Under the pieces are notes generated by a model. It was not told the DNA's origin. It searched no databases and saw only the letters and a list, made by a program, of their open reading frames with translations. The translations under genes and the position numbers were made by a program. A stretch of 63,910 nucleotides of DNA, filler included, from Polymyxa betae A26-41 (Eukaryota > Protista > Endomyxa: Phytomyxea), in the NCBI GenBank assembly GCA_003693705.1. It is 9 parts of 9 records of this genome, joined end to end, with 100 filler letters (N's around TTAATTAATTAA, not from the genome) between each part and the next. Parts side by side here need not be neighbours in the genome. Positions count along the whole stretch, not along the records: positions 34,072 to 40,266 come from RBZT01000528.1; positions 40,367 to 44,356 come from RBZT01000182.1; positions 44,457 to 59,706 come from RBZT01000511.1; 6 more parts are not named here. One strand, written 5' to 3'. Below, one piece after another: positions 35,684 through 48,296 of this stretch. Every line of letters starts with the position of its first letter. The stretch's first letter is position 1.

Positions 35684-37379
35684 TGATATCGAATCAAGAA
35701 ACCGCCCGATGGAAGTCCGAATGATAGCTATCAATGTCCATTTGATCTATTATGAAGGAATTCTAGAGAGCAGCCATCATGTGGCGGATGAATACCATAA
35801 ACCAATCTCCAACGTTTCTCGAAGTCAGAACATCGCCTGCTCTCTCCGAATATAATCCCGCCGGAACCTTAACCTCTGGCAGTTAAACCACGACCACCAG
35901 ATTCGATTTCGCATCCACGACAATATTTTCAAATTCCGTTTGATGTAATTGGTCATATAGTCGCTGGCAGGGCCCAGCATGCCCCAATGACTGTAAAACC
36001 GCGTCTTTTGGGACACTTAGGGTTAAGTCACTGAAGCGGCCCAATGGCAGACGGGCTGCTGCTCTTGCAAATGGCTGAAAGTGGGCTTATCTATCATGAT
36101 GGAACGGCGGACCATTGCTATAACCGCATCCTACACAACTGAATCGACAAACTGAGCGGCAGCGGCCTGCCATGATTGACACAGAGCTCCAGCTTGTTCC
36201 AACTTGCACAATTTGGTTCCAGATCTGGATAATTCCGTCGTCCTGGCCTGGGATGCCACTTTTGGTTTGCATGTAGACTTTAATCCTGCTGAGGACGTAC
36301 AGGCCGTCTGCCTCGGGCCCCTTGAGTCTAGCAAGCTCGCATTCAATCAATATGTGGATCGAACTCTCTTTGGCCGGATTGAGTTCTTAAAGTCGCGATT
36401 TGAAATCCCCGTACCTGTAAAGCAAAGCCTTTGGACAGATTATCCAGGGCTGATTGGCCAAATTAAAGTGTCCATGCTCAAGAATATGGTGAGCCAGAGC
36501 GACGTCGAAACAGATGTAAATGCTGAAATTCATTGTCAGCTCTGCTGTCTTCAATTCTTCATTACTCTCTCACGGCGTTACAGAAAGTCAGACCATGGAT
36601 GAAGTCGATAAGTATCTGAGCTTGCATTACCCAACGGTAGATTCACAAGATTACAGGCGAGCCCATTGGAGGAAACAGTTTCATCGCCTACGTCGCCATG
36701 GATGTTATTTTTTATTCCGAAACATCTTGAGCTGTGACTAGAATATTGAATTATGGCCGGGATGTGATCGGGGTTTGCCGAAACTCTTTGAGTCCAGTTA
36801 ATATTTCTATCCGCCGGCGGATGCATCGCAAATTAACTGCTTTAAGTCAGATACTCTCAGTGCGTTGAAGTGTTCCAATTGCCGTTAAAAAGTTTCTGAT
36901 AGCCGATCCCGGTAGTAAGGCTGTATCCGACACGTGAGTATCGCCTCGGAGCCCTAGACTATTCTGGATAAGGCGCGGAGCTTCGTCTAAAATATTCACT
37001 GCCAAAGGCATTTGCGTCAGCTAAGATATCCAATGAGCGCGCATGCCCAATTTCAACGAATTGCGTCGCTATCATCAGCTCGATTACATTGATCAGGAAA
37101 ATTGACTGATCCCCTTCAAACTTGGACATTTTGAAATGTTCTTGCCTATGCATCTCGTGAGGTTCCCGAAGACGACTTTGTTCCTGCTGACGAACTCAAT
37201 AATCATGATTCGGAAACGGTGGTCGAATTTCTTCAAAACTGCCGTACAGGCCTCAGCCTACGATAAAATATTGGAGCTTCGCTGATTTTATGATGGACGA
37301 TCTACGAATATGAGGCACCGACATGTGCGATTATGAACCGTTCAAACACCCAGCAAACTGAATTCTGTATTTGATTTTG

Positions 37380-38126
37380 TTATTTAGGCAAATTTGAAGA
37401 AATTGATAATTTGACAGCTTCTGTAAGCTTAGAAACATTCTTGCTAAGCTCAGCCAGTTTTCCGTCAAGCTTGACCACCTTTTCGTCAATCTCGTTCAGT
37501 TTGACATTGATGTGCCTAAGTTCAAGAAAGGGATTGACTGTTGGTATGTGGATTATATAGAGGTTGTTTTGGAAGATTTTGAGGTTTGGGTAAATTTGCC
37601 TCTTCGCTTTGTAGTCTACGAAAGCACGTACGACCTTTGCGATGGCTTCATCGAAATTTACTAAATCCCCGTCGACAAATAACCCAATAGCAACCGGGTC
37701 TTTATCGACGGGGATCAGATCCCGTATACACAGGAAATGTTCCAGTTGGAACAGTTTTCGTGCGAAATACGACGGCTGCGCTGTGACTTCAAAATGAATC
37801 CAATCGCCGGGATTAACTTGAAGACGTTCAAGAGGCGGCCCGACTGGATGAATGTAATTAGCAACCCCTTCTTTGCCACCGAATATTTCATAGAGAGATC
37901 GGGTTTCACTGCCATTCAGTTGCAGACAAATATCAAATTCATATTGATGCCCTTTCGAGAACCGCTGGCCAGCGTCTGAGACACCTTGGCCGGCTTCAAC
38001 CGCGAACAGCTCATTCCAAAAGTCGCAAAACGATTTTGACCCAGAAATTGTCTGTGCAAGAACGGTCTCTTTAAATCGGTGCTGCATTCGAGCATCATAG
38101 CGTATTTTTATCACCTCCTCTCCCAA
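37380..38126 (-). CDS. Hypothetical protein with C-terminal coiled coil; possible PD-(D/E)xK-like fold
   Basis: 248-aa ORF with YEFDIC...HFEVT...KLFQLE spacing and a heptad-like tail INVKLNEIDEKVVKLDGKLAELSKNVSKL. Upstream exons near 38150-38344 are likely. Confidence 0.5.
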   Translation of the reverse strand: MGEEVIKIRYDARMQHRFKETVLAQTISGSKSFCDFWNELFAVEAGQGVSDAGQRFSKGHQYEFDICLQLNGSETRSLYEIFGGKEGVANYIHPVGPPLERLQVNPGDWIHFEVTAQPSYFARKLFQLEHFLCIRDLIPVDKDPVAIGLFVDGDLVNFDEAIAKVVRAFVDYKAKRQIYPNLKIFQNNLYIIHIPTVNPFLELRHINVKLNEIDEKVVKLDGKLAELSKNVSKLTEAVKLSISSNLPK

Positions 38127-40266
38127 GGGGATCGGTTGAAATCTCGAATGAACAATTTGCTCAAACGTTTCATTAACACGCCTGCTGCACAGCGTGCCAA
38201 ACAGATTAATACTGAAAGAAGATAAGAAAAATAAAGAAAATGAATATGGACTTGTACAAAGTTATACCTGGGCAGTTTCAGCGCACTTTGCGAAACAAAC
38301 CTTCCGAGCGACATCGACATGACCTTCGGAGAAGCGAACGACATAGCGCAGCAACAGGGATGCAAGCGAGCGACGAAGCCAGAGCGAGACTATTGACTGA
38401 CAGAGAGGCAACCCGAACGTGCTGTCCCACGATAAAAAGAGCGGAAAGCCGTGAGGCGGGCTGCGCACTTGAAGTGTCTTTTTTTTAATGAAATTTTATG
38501 AGATTTCAGTGATGCTCTTACTAATCACTGACGATTCCAAAATTTCGGGCTGAAAGAGAAATCAATCGGTCAATGATTGATCAATTCTTGTTACCAGGCA
38601 TTCCCAGACAAGACTTCGACGATGGATCTGAAAACAGAATCGATGCTAAAATAGAATTAAGAATTTCCGCCGGGAAATTGTTGAAAAGGAATTTTGTGTT
38701 AAATAGAAGCTATGAAGCGACGTATCGACGAGACAAGGGGAAGGGAGACGGCTTGTTATCGTCAAACAAAAACAGTGTATTTACCGTGGACGTGTCCGAT
38801 TTGCCCTTCATTCGTCGGGGACATCGCCCAACGACTTCATTGAACAGCACGAGCGATTTCACGTTCTGCAAAATGCTGATCTCTTGATGATCGAAAGCCG
38901 TCCATTGTCTTACCACAGGCAACTAGGTATAGAGGGCCTTCATACTTCCGGCTGGCTTTGGAGCCCTTTTCGTATTTTTCGTTGTATTATGCAATCGCTC
39001 TGGCCACAAAAGATTGCGATATGTTTTGTTGATAATTTTAACAGCACAATCAGCCTCTATCATTAATGACACCAAGATCGTTGTACCTCATGGTGTGAGC
39101 TGAACCTGGCGAATAACTTCCAGCTCAGCTGCTTCTTTGTCTGGTGCCTCATACGGCAATATATCGTTTTTGGTCCATATGAATGATATGATCATTAATA
39201 GAGAAATAGAAGAACCCAAGAATTACAGCATAGCCAAATTCGAAACCGGAATTCGATCACACATATTGAACCGCAGCCTTATGGATAATATTAATTCTAA
39301 AATATTCAATGTTTAAATGCGGAAAAAAATCTCCCAAGATTAAGCTGTGACTCAATAGCTATTTTATATCCGGCCTGTTTCAGGCGTTCATTTTGACCAG
39401 AACGCCGTCCGTTGACCTCAATGCATCGATCAATGCCTTCTATACGACTAACGAGACGACCTTGGTATTAAACGTGCCATAATATCTGTTCGACTTTCAA
39501 ACCTGAATACCTTCAATGCTGCCTGTTATGCCAAAGGTCGAAATATGACCGGATCGGGCTGAAAATCTCGGCTTGGATCCTGCTCATCATCGGCTCTGCC
39601 TATGTTGTCCACGATTCCAACACTTCATCATATTCGACATTCTCAATTATCGGGTGAACGGCAGCGGATGTATATACTTCGTCGTACTGGCCCCGTGCCG
39701 CCCTTGGACGCTGAGATCGATGCATTACGCGAACAAAGCGAAAACTGTCGCCTACTTGATATGCGGTTTAACCTTTGGACAGTCACATTCCTGCCGGCAG
39801 CTGATTACGCTGAAAAGGCGTGACAAACGACAGGCCGTTGGTTGTACTGGCTCCCAGGGAACGCAACGACCCGGTTCTGCCATCTAATGCCACAATACAG
39901 AACAGCCCTGCGGCAGAAATCGTTTTCATGCCGTTTATCTAATCTGAGCAACTTTTTTACTAACGATCGCCCTTCAAATTTCATCAAGCGTGCTTTAGCC
40001 AACGCCTTATTAGATTGGTTGCCTGCTGATCTCGTTCCGTGATGCATCTAACTGCAGATGCTGTTACATAATGTGCGATGTATGCAGTCAGGATTGAAAC
40101 ACGACGATCACCTGCCATCAATCAAGACCTCACGATGTTATTGGCTTCCAGCACAGGGTTGCCAAGACGGATCACGCCGTGCTGCTACAGAAGACTGGTC
40201 CCCGTTAGCTGACTGATTCTGTTCCATGTTCATGCCTCGTCCAAAAACAAGTGTCAAAACACCGAG

Positions 40267-40366
40267 NNNNNNNNNNNNNNNNNNNNNNNNNNNNNNNNNN
40301 NNNNNNNNNNTTAATTAATTAANNNNNNNNNNNNNNNNNNNNNNNNNNNNNNNNNNNNNNNNNNNN
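40267..40366. other. Artificial contig linker
   Basis: N44-TTAATTAATTAA-N44. Confidence 0.97.
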
Positions 40367-41047
40367 TTTCTCCAAGATGAGTCCCAGAGGGCTTCTCACC
40401 CGAATATCAGGACGATTTTCATTTGGGACCGGAGCTTCCACATACATATTGAACATGCGTAATCCCAATAGGAATTCAGTGAGGCCGCCATTAAAAGCAA
40501 CAATAGCAGCGTTCATAACGTGATTATCAATCTTCAGCATATTGATGACATTCTTCATTTCGACTTTATCGAGATGTTGTTGCATCTTGAAGAGATAGAG
40601 AGCGGTGTGGTATGGATTGCTCTTTATGAAAGCGAAGAAGTGCGGAATCTGCATTAACTGTTCGTGATATTGCAGAGGCACGATGTCAATTCGTTTCAAC
40701 AAATCCAGGAAATCGTGTTTGCGTAAGAACGGATACAACTCCGGCAGCGATTCCACCGGAATCGGGACCTTCACTAGAAACTTGGGCAGATCGAATCGCA
40801 TTCCGAACTTTGCCAGTTCCAACAGCCCATCTCGGGTAGAGAGAAACTCCGAGTTCTCAGGATCAAATAAAACGCGATCCTCAATCGGACTGTGAAGCGC
40901 CCAGATCTGATTAAACGGCGCTGGAAATCTTCGCACAAACTGCCCCGAAATGGGGTGTTGGGGCCAGTCGGCCCAAACCTGGTACGACCCTGCTTCGTGT
41001 GCGACCCCTCGCACGAATAAGCCCGTGTGCGACTGTATGTCGCACAA
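40367..41047 (-). CDS. Hypothetical protein fragment running into the gap
   Basis: More than 225 codons open with protein-like composition; no family recognised. Confidence 0.4.
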
Positions 41048-41229
41048 TCCTTATCTGTGCGACCCCCTCGATACTATGGAGAATACATTCAATACAATCA
41101 AACAGTTAATCTGTTTTTTATGAAATCGTATTCGGCGGAATCTTACGCTACTTGGACATGTTACCTTTTTGGGTCTGGGATGTCTTTCCCTTCTTCCGCT
41201 GATGCTGATTTTTGGTGCAGCTCTGCTCG

Positions 41230-41526
41230 GCTGACATATCGATTCAGGAAAGTGTTCCCGTTCAAATAACACCAGAATCTGCGAGCAGGTCAATACACCA
41301 TGTTCATTTAACTCAAGCATCTTCTCTCGACATCTTCAGGAATAAATCGATTTTGAAGAAGGGCTTCCAACTCGGCTTCGTTGAACAGCTCATGGTTGTG
41401 TTCATTGGATATCTCGTACATCCTGATTTTTTCGCTATTTCCGTCGTCGAGGCAACGCAATCGGATAAAGAACTGGCAGCCGCACTTCAAAGACTTTTTC
41501 GAACGCTGAAACTCTTCTGCAACCAT
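41230..41526 (-). pseudogene. FAR1/WRKY-like zinc-finger fragment of a MULE transposase
   Basis: RSKKSLKCGCQFFIRL...ISNEHNHEL, followed by a frameshift. Confidence 0.6.
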
Positions 41527-43377
41527 TGAATCATTTTTCTCATGAAAACCGTTACGAAAGCAAAGGAAAGTCTGTTTCAGAGGGCACTTAGCGATAGATA
41601 CTCAATGCTGGCGAGCCTCATTCAAGGATTCAAATACTCGGTCGATTGTCATGGACTCGACTTCACAAAAGTTTGGATAGTTTTGCTTCCATTCAATTGC
41701 AATTCGCCTTCTTTATTGATAAATATCGGCGTATAATCGTCTTCGATTTCTTCGTGGAAATTATGCAGATTAGAGTTATCTCCATTGTCGGTGGGCTTTC
41801 GGGGTGGCCATGGACGCTCGCATTCCAATGGAGCTGTGGGTGTAGGCGAAGTAGAAGCAGAGCAGCCGAGAGTGGTGCCTGAAACATGGGACTTACATCG
41901 GCCCAGCCGGAGAAGTTTGCCCAGACCTGAGAGCATTTGTAGGCGCTACGACTGTTTAGATCGTAAGAGAGAGGTTGAGAGGGGGTCGCACACGAAGCAT
42001 GGTCGAACCTGGTATCTGGCAATAGCGGCCTCCACGGACTTGATCACCGGGCTGGGAATACTGGTCCCGGCGTCTAGCTAAACTCTCATGATCGCCGCGC
42101 GCAGATATTTCAGATTCTCCGTATCAAAAAATGCGTTCCTATACAAAACGTATGTCACTGCGGCTGTGCCTTTGTTTGTCTATATTTCTATGAAAAAATT
42201 GCACGGTCAATGCCGGATTGCGGAATCCAAATCCCTCTTTGTTTGATATACAATCTCCTTTTGAATATACAATCTCCTTTTCGATTGCTCTTTCTCCGTT
42301 GGATTGTGAATCGGGCAATATCGGTTTTGTCCGGATGAGATTCAACATCTCCGACTTCAGAATTGTTTCGAAGCCAAATCACTACGCAATAGTTGAACCG
42401 TGTCGAAGAGAAGTCTAATGTTTGCTCTATTAATCTTTCTTTGAAAATCCGGAACTCTTGCGATGATTATATTGCGGTAACACAATATATGATATCTGAA
42501 ACTACATTTTCTAACCATTTAACAGAATGTTCCCGTAACGAGTTCAAAACTATCAAGGATGTACGAAATCACAAGGCTCGGATGGAAGGTCGTGAAAATG
42601 ATGCAATCCGAACGGATATTTATATTATGGCTTTACTAGAAGAAAAATAGGATTTTATTCTTTCATATAAGCGAAAAATTTGAGAGGCAATTCAGATATT
42701 GCTGAACTGAAAACTGTAATAATTCGCGTCCGGAGTTGAGGATGCGACTGAGTTTGGATTCAAGCGCAACGAATTTTTCCTCATAATTCAGACGGAGTTT
42801 ATGCGGGACATGATGCTTGAAGTATTTTCATTTTGATAACTGCCAATTTTTTCAGAGAATTTGCCACCAACCGCTCTCTTGAGTTAGTCACCAGAGAAAT
42901 CGCGCGACAGCAGTGCAATTTCTGAACATACGCGAAAGCGAGACTGCGATTTTGTGCAAGTTTTGTTTATTATTTTTTAGAATTTCAAATTCTCATGCAA
43001 CGATTCGTCTTCAAAAATGGCCAAAGGGAGCTGGTAATTGATTAAACACATAATACAAATTGAAACGATGTAAACTTTGAACTCATCACGATATCTGTGG
43101 TAGATCCCACAATAACTGACTATATCCGGCAGTCTTCTGTATTAGTTCGCGCGAAAATTCCAAAGCATGAGCTGCTTTATGGAAAACACTACAGGTAAAC
43201 GCACGAGTCTGATATAATCTATTGTCGACTCTGAGCACAGTATAATTAATAATGCCAAACATAAACCATATTTAGTTAGACTGTTTTAGTGTTGACATCG
43301 CAGATACTCCTATTGTATAGGAGCGCACTTTTCGATACGGAGAATCTGAAATATCTGCGCTCGGCGATCATGAGAGT

Positions 43378-43962
43378 TTAGCTAGACGCGGGCGTGATTG
43401 CGGGTATGGGCAGCTCCAGCAGCTGCTGGATGAATCGTTCTCGGATCGATCTGGGGTTGGAAACGCGCCCGCTGAAATACGTTTCGCTGCCATTGGGATG
43501 GACGGTAATACTGCTCCTCGACATTGGCAGCGACCAGGCGATATCCGAGAACCCCTTCACGGAATCGATCAGCAGCTGCATCAGCTTGAGCTTGATGGCA
43601 TACTGCAGACGCGATCCCTCCAGGCGGTCGTACACGACCAGGCATTGTTCGGGCGTGAGCTGATCGAGGTATTCCTCTTGAGAAACAAAGGTGCGAATTC
43701 GGCGATTGAGTTGGGGCTCCGGCAGGGCAGGATGACAGAGGGCGTTGAAGGTGATGACAGAATCGCAGATCTTCATCATGGATTTAGATGTTGCAGCCAT
43801 CTCCGCCGCTGATTAAAGATCCAGCAGATCAATAATACTGCTGAGGATCGCATCGGGGATGCTGGCGAAATCTCGGTCGTCGGATCGGGCGTTTTCCTGG
43901 CCGGGTTGGGCCTGGGCCAGGGCGGCGCACAGCAGGGTGGAGACGACGATGAATCGAAACAT
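43378..43962 (-). pseudogene. Signal peptide + F-box-like protein, disrupted
   Basis: ATG 43962 gives MFRFIVVSTLLCAALAQA, then DFASIPDAILSSI/YDLLDL*SAAEMAATSKSM (F-box pattern) across a 1-nt frameshift and a TAA. It joins ORF 43378-43800. Confidence 0.55.
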
Positions 43963-44356
43963 GGGTTGCTGTATGGACGGGAAGAAGGCTGTGAATTCGC
44001 AAAGAGACTATCGACTAGTATAGCGTGGATTAGTCATGAGAGGACAAAAATGCGAATGCTTATGTTATTTTTTCAAAAAATTTGGTGCTTTTTGGACACT
44101 TTTCGTTACCTGAATATGAATTTGTTGCCATTCTACTGGACGATCTGTGGCATTGATACCAAACCCTAAGCAAAACCGTTTAGACGAAGATTGTCTTGAC
44201 AGACTCTACAAGTCGGAGTGCTCAATGTAGGCTAGTTAACAGAGTGAATTGTATATTAGGTAACATAGGACAGATCATGTAGGACACGAGTCCGGTGCAA
44301 GGATCTAGTACACGGCACGGGACTGGAATGTTGCTGTTGCTAGATATGGTACGGTC

Positions 44357-44456
44357 NNNNNNNNNNNNNNNNNNNNNNNNNNNNNNNNNNNNNNNNNNNN
44401 TTAATTAATTAANNNNNNNNNNNNNNNNNNNNNNNNNNNNNNNNNNNNNNNNNNNN
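44357..44456. other. Artificial contig linker
   Basis: N44-TTAATTAATTAA-N44. Confidence 0.97.
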
Positions 44457-44855
44457 AACTTTCGTCGGATTCTTGAATTCCTGATATTCGCGAAGGCATT
44501 TCTTATCGTTGGTCATGCTTATATTTGCTCCACTGTCGATAATCACTGCGTCTTCGGAGGATTTTTCTCCAGATCCTGTGTGGAATCCGGTAAATTCATC
44601 TTCCTCTTCAGTTTTACCTTCTTCGTTTGTGCTGCAATTTGCCTGGTTTTTCTTTTTGCTCTTTCGAAGCTCGGGATGCTCTATCCAGCATTGTTCCACT
44701 GTGTGGTTGGTCTTCTTGCATCTTTTGCAACCTGGCTTTTTGTTTTTCAGCTTCTTGATTTCTGTATTAAGAGATTTGATCTCGTTGTTTAGCTCCTTCT
44801 CTCGTTGCGTCTCAGTGTTCGTCGAAGCGAGTTTCTCATCGCGTTCACTTGACAT
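44457..44855 (-). mobile_element. Copia gag-protease fragment
   Basis: CKRCKKTNHTVEQC zinc knuckle and IIDSGANISM protease motif. Confidence 0.75.
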
Positions 44856-44907
44856 TAAGAGATTTGGTCTTGGAGACAAGGCGCGGGTTCAAATCCCGTC
44901 GACTGCA
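44855..44907 (+). pseudogene. 3' half of a type-II tRNA (Leu/Ser-like)
   Basis: Variable arm CTTG-GAGA-CAAG, T-arm GCGGG-TTCAAAT-CCCGT, acceptor 3' strand CGACTGCA and T8 terminator. The 5' half is replaced by copia sequence. Confidence 0.6.
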
Positions 44908-45337
44908 TATCTTTTTTTTGTCGAGCACGGCACTCTGCAACTCTATGTAGTTTTGCCTTGCCAAATAACAGACCTCAAGTCTTCGTTCCAAGTATAATAA
45001 TTCACCCTTTAAAGGGCCCTACGTAAGGAGAACCTTGAATAATCGTTTCCCGCAACAGATGAAAACATCCATGATGATTTCTACGAACAAGCGAAACTGA
45101 ATATTGCCGATGTCTGCATGAAAGAAACTCACGGGAAAATCTCCCTTGTGGCCGAAATTCGCCCTAAGCCAATAGCCTAAACGGGAAATTTTTCTTCCCC
45201 ACCGAAAGCCAGGGCTTAAGGGCTGCAAGTAAGGACAGGTCATATGAGAAAGGTAGTTTGATTGGGCTGCTTAGATAATGGCATTCAATTGGCCCAATAT
45301 TGGCCTTATTTAAAGCAACGGTACTAATCACACAGCT

Positions 45338-46760
45338 CCGTCCGGCGCAAACTGCTGTATTATCATGTAAACATAAATGTGACTTCTATTGATGAAAAAT
45401 TCAAAAATCATTATCCTGTTAGAAGACGATGAATCGTGACATGGACACAGGCTGAAGCTGTATATTCTTCTTTGGGGAAACGTTTCCATGTGTGTCTGAC
45501 AGGTGGATAAAAAATGCGAAAGAATATGTTTGCTCGATTAGAATCCAGAAAATGAGACACTACAGAACTGTCTCCGATGAGAAAAAAGCGTGCAAGGTCA
45601 GAGCAGAGGGCCTAGGTAATGGAGAGGAAAGAGAATGGTCTGAAAGAATGCTGCTATAAGAAATGTCAAGATAATGTGGTGAAATGATGTCTGTCCAATT
45701 CCATTTTTATAAATCCGATATTGAAGTGGGAAACAATATCCGGTTGAGAACCAGAATCACTCAGATTCCGATTTCTTATTCCGGTTGTAGTCTCATCCAG
45801 CGTCTTATCTAGTGATCTGAAATTTCTATCGAAAGCGTTGTGCCAGCCGCTAACAAGAATCAGAAATGACCCTCGAAGTCCGGATGCAGTAAGATGTTGG
45901 TTTTGTGCAATATGTTGGTTGGAGGCTGATCTGCTTGATCCGTCTCTCTCGTCGGTCATGTCTCACAAACGATGGACACAGACAATTAGAACACAATATA
46001 AGAGTTTTTTATATATTAGGTCGCAAAACATCACGACAGGTAAATATGAACTCTCCTAGCCTTCACAGTTAAAAGAACTGCGAAAGAAAGTTCCAGCAAC
46101 TACAGAGCCAACCATAGCCAACTGACTCGCTATCGCGATACTGGTGGCACTGGAAGATGAATCGGACACCAAACCATTCGCACATTCAACACAATATTTC
46201 TTAGAACGCTACGCAAATCGATAAGAATAGTGGGCGGTGTGTTACAAGAAACGCTCCATTCCTGAAACTATAACATACGTCAAGGCTTTTAATAATCTGT
46301 TGAAAAGAGTTGAGTCAAAATCGCTCAATCGACAAATGCGCAGTTTGTTGGAAAAAATTGATGCAAACTGAGGAAGACTATTTCACCACATATATACGGT
46401 AACGACGAAATTACATTTAAAAATACTCCAACATGATTTTTGGACGGCAGGTATGATTTAGTGCATTTCTGAGGAGATTGAAGTAGCTTTCAAATGAGAA
46501 CGGACTCCTTATCGCCTCTTTCTTCTGATGCTGAGGCGGAATAAATAATCGATGTTGAAGGACAACGAAAATATGTTCTTAAGCGGAGTTATCGACGACA
46601 TTGGTCCTGTTGAACACCTTTATCAACTGAAGGAGGAGGATAGCAATGATGAGGCTTGAATAGCCTAAGACATGTACCATGAGTGTCACCTCACATGTAC
46701 TTGTGAATGTGCGGATTACGAAAGTGTCAATGAATGCGAATTCATCATGTTAAGTTGAAG
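45338..46760 (+). mobile_element. Heavily degenerate MULE-like remnant
   Basis: Its start CCGTCCGGCGCAAACTGCT..ATGTAAACATAAAT matches 62558-62600, upstream of the MULE transposase. A SWIM-like TCTCECADY lies near 46700 and there are many stops. Confidence 0.4.
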
Positions 46761-46905
46761 AACTTTCTTCCAAATCAGCGAGGTAAAACAAAATATGAAC
46801 AACCGTTCTGATATCCGGAAACTGGAGCCTTTTAACCATTAATACTGGTAACTTTATGACAGAAAAAGATGTGGACAGACAGAAGATAACATCTCAATCG
46901 CACGA

Positions 46906-47135
46906 TTGGATTTGGATTGGATGGGATTTCAGGATTTATGAAGATGAAAGTATTAAATAACTACACCCATGGCAAGGCCCGACCTCTCACGGAATTGTCG
47001 AGTTCGTATATTTTTGATGTACGGTAACATAGGAATCACGCGTTCAAAAACATGGAGCGTGCGGTATTCGAAACCGCGACCTCATGCTTGCAAAGCATGC
47101 GTGATAACCAACTACACTAACACCCCCATTATATA
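46906..47135 (-). mobile_element. Retroposed unit: intact tRNA-Ala plus SINE 3' tail
   Basis: Flanked by ATCTCAATCGCACGA (46891-46905) and ATCTTAATCGCACGA (47136-47150). It shares GAACTCGACAATTCCGTGAGRGGTCGGGCC and an ATCCA tail with the SINE at 35159. Confidence 0.75.
47053..47126 (-). tRNA. tRNA-Ala (TGC)
   Basis: Identical to 22304-22377 except C5>T (G:U pair in the acceptor stem). A T5 terminator follows. Confidence 0.9.
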
Positions 47136-47701
47136 ATCTTAATCGCACGAGAAAGGCATTCGCGTTCGAAGAACCAGCGAAAACGTACTGGCAGAAGAAT
47201 TCCGAATCGTCAATAATAAAACAAGATGTATTTTAACATAAGTCCGTTGTCTGCTTCAAACGCCGCCGAGACAGGAAACGCGGCCTTTTATAAGATCCCA
47301 ATACCTTGTCCGTTATAATTTATTTTCAAATACCGGAATGAGCATCAAAAACCCGAGCAAATTGTTTTGGAGCCGTTTTAAGGCCACTCGAAGGATTTGA
47401 AATCCCCATAAAATATATCTGGGGCGACAGTGACAATGAACATCACTACGGGGGGGAATTTCCCTTCGTGCTGTTGATAACACCCGATTCCTTTGAAGGA
47501 CGCATTTTTTGAAAGCATCACTGAGATAGAAATTTTCCTGTTTATTTTCCTTCACAGAATTGCAGGGTTGATCTTGACTTGGGGCATGATACATCGTTAA
47601 TCATGGCACTGGGTTGAATATAGAAATCTGGGTCGATCATTTTGTGGTAGGCTTAACAATCCAGCTCTGCGATTAGCAGAGACTGCCGCGGTTATGGAGT
47701 A

Positions 47702-47909
47702 CCGTATTCTGCGGAACTTTGTACCCACCAAAAGATCCTGAAAATTGCGTTTACGCACATTTTTTCCTGAGCGGGATTTTTAGATTTCAGCACATTTGAA
47801 ATTTACAGTAGAAAGCCGTCATCCGTTTCTGCCAAAATGAGATTTTCAGTTTCATAGAAAAGTCCGAGGGTACAAAGTTCCGGCGGGTATAAAGTTCCGC
47901 AGAATACGG
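47702..47909. mobile_element. Tc1/mariner-pogo type MITE (208 bp)
   Basis: 25-bp TIR CCGTATTCTGCGGAACTTTRTACCC (1 mismatch) with a TA TSD at 47700-47701 and 47910-47911. Confidence 0.85.
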
Positions 47910-48296
47910 TAGTTTGCGGTAACATTCAAGTACACAGTTTCTCGCGTTCATCTGTCCATCACACTCTATAGAAATGTCTCATGTCAAATTGAAACGCATT
48001 TTTACGAACCCGAATAAAGGTGTTTTGATCTGTAGCATTCGTGTCCTTTTTCATCTCCTCGACATGAATCTCGCTTACGATTTCATACCGTAGACATCAC
48101 AATATCAACACAACTTTAATAGCAACACTTGGGGGTCAGAGAACATAAGTCGCTACACATCCCTAAAAAAAATGTGTTTATATCTACACTTACAGATCCT
48201 GTCCCAGTGACAGGGCTGCGCTTGTGCAGCCAAAAATGGCAAATTTTAAAAATTCCCATGAGCTAGAACGACGTAACTGCGCTCCCGGACTATTTT

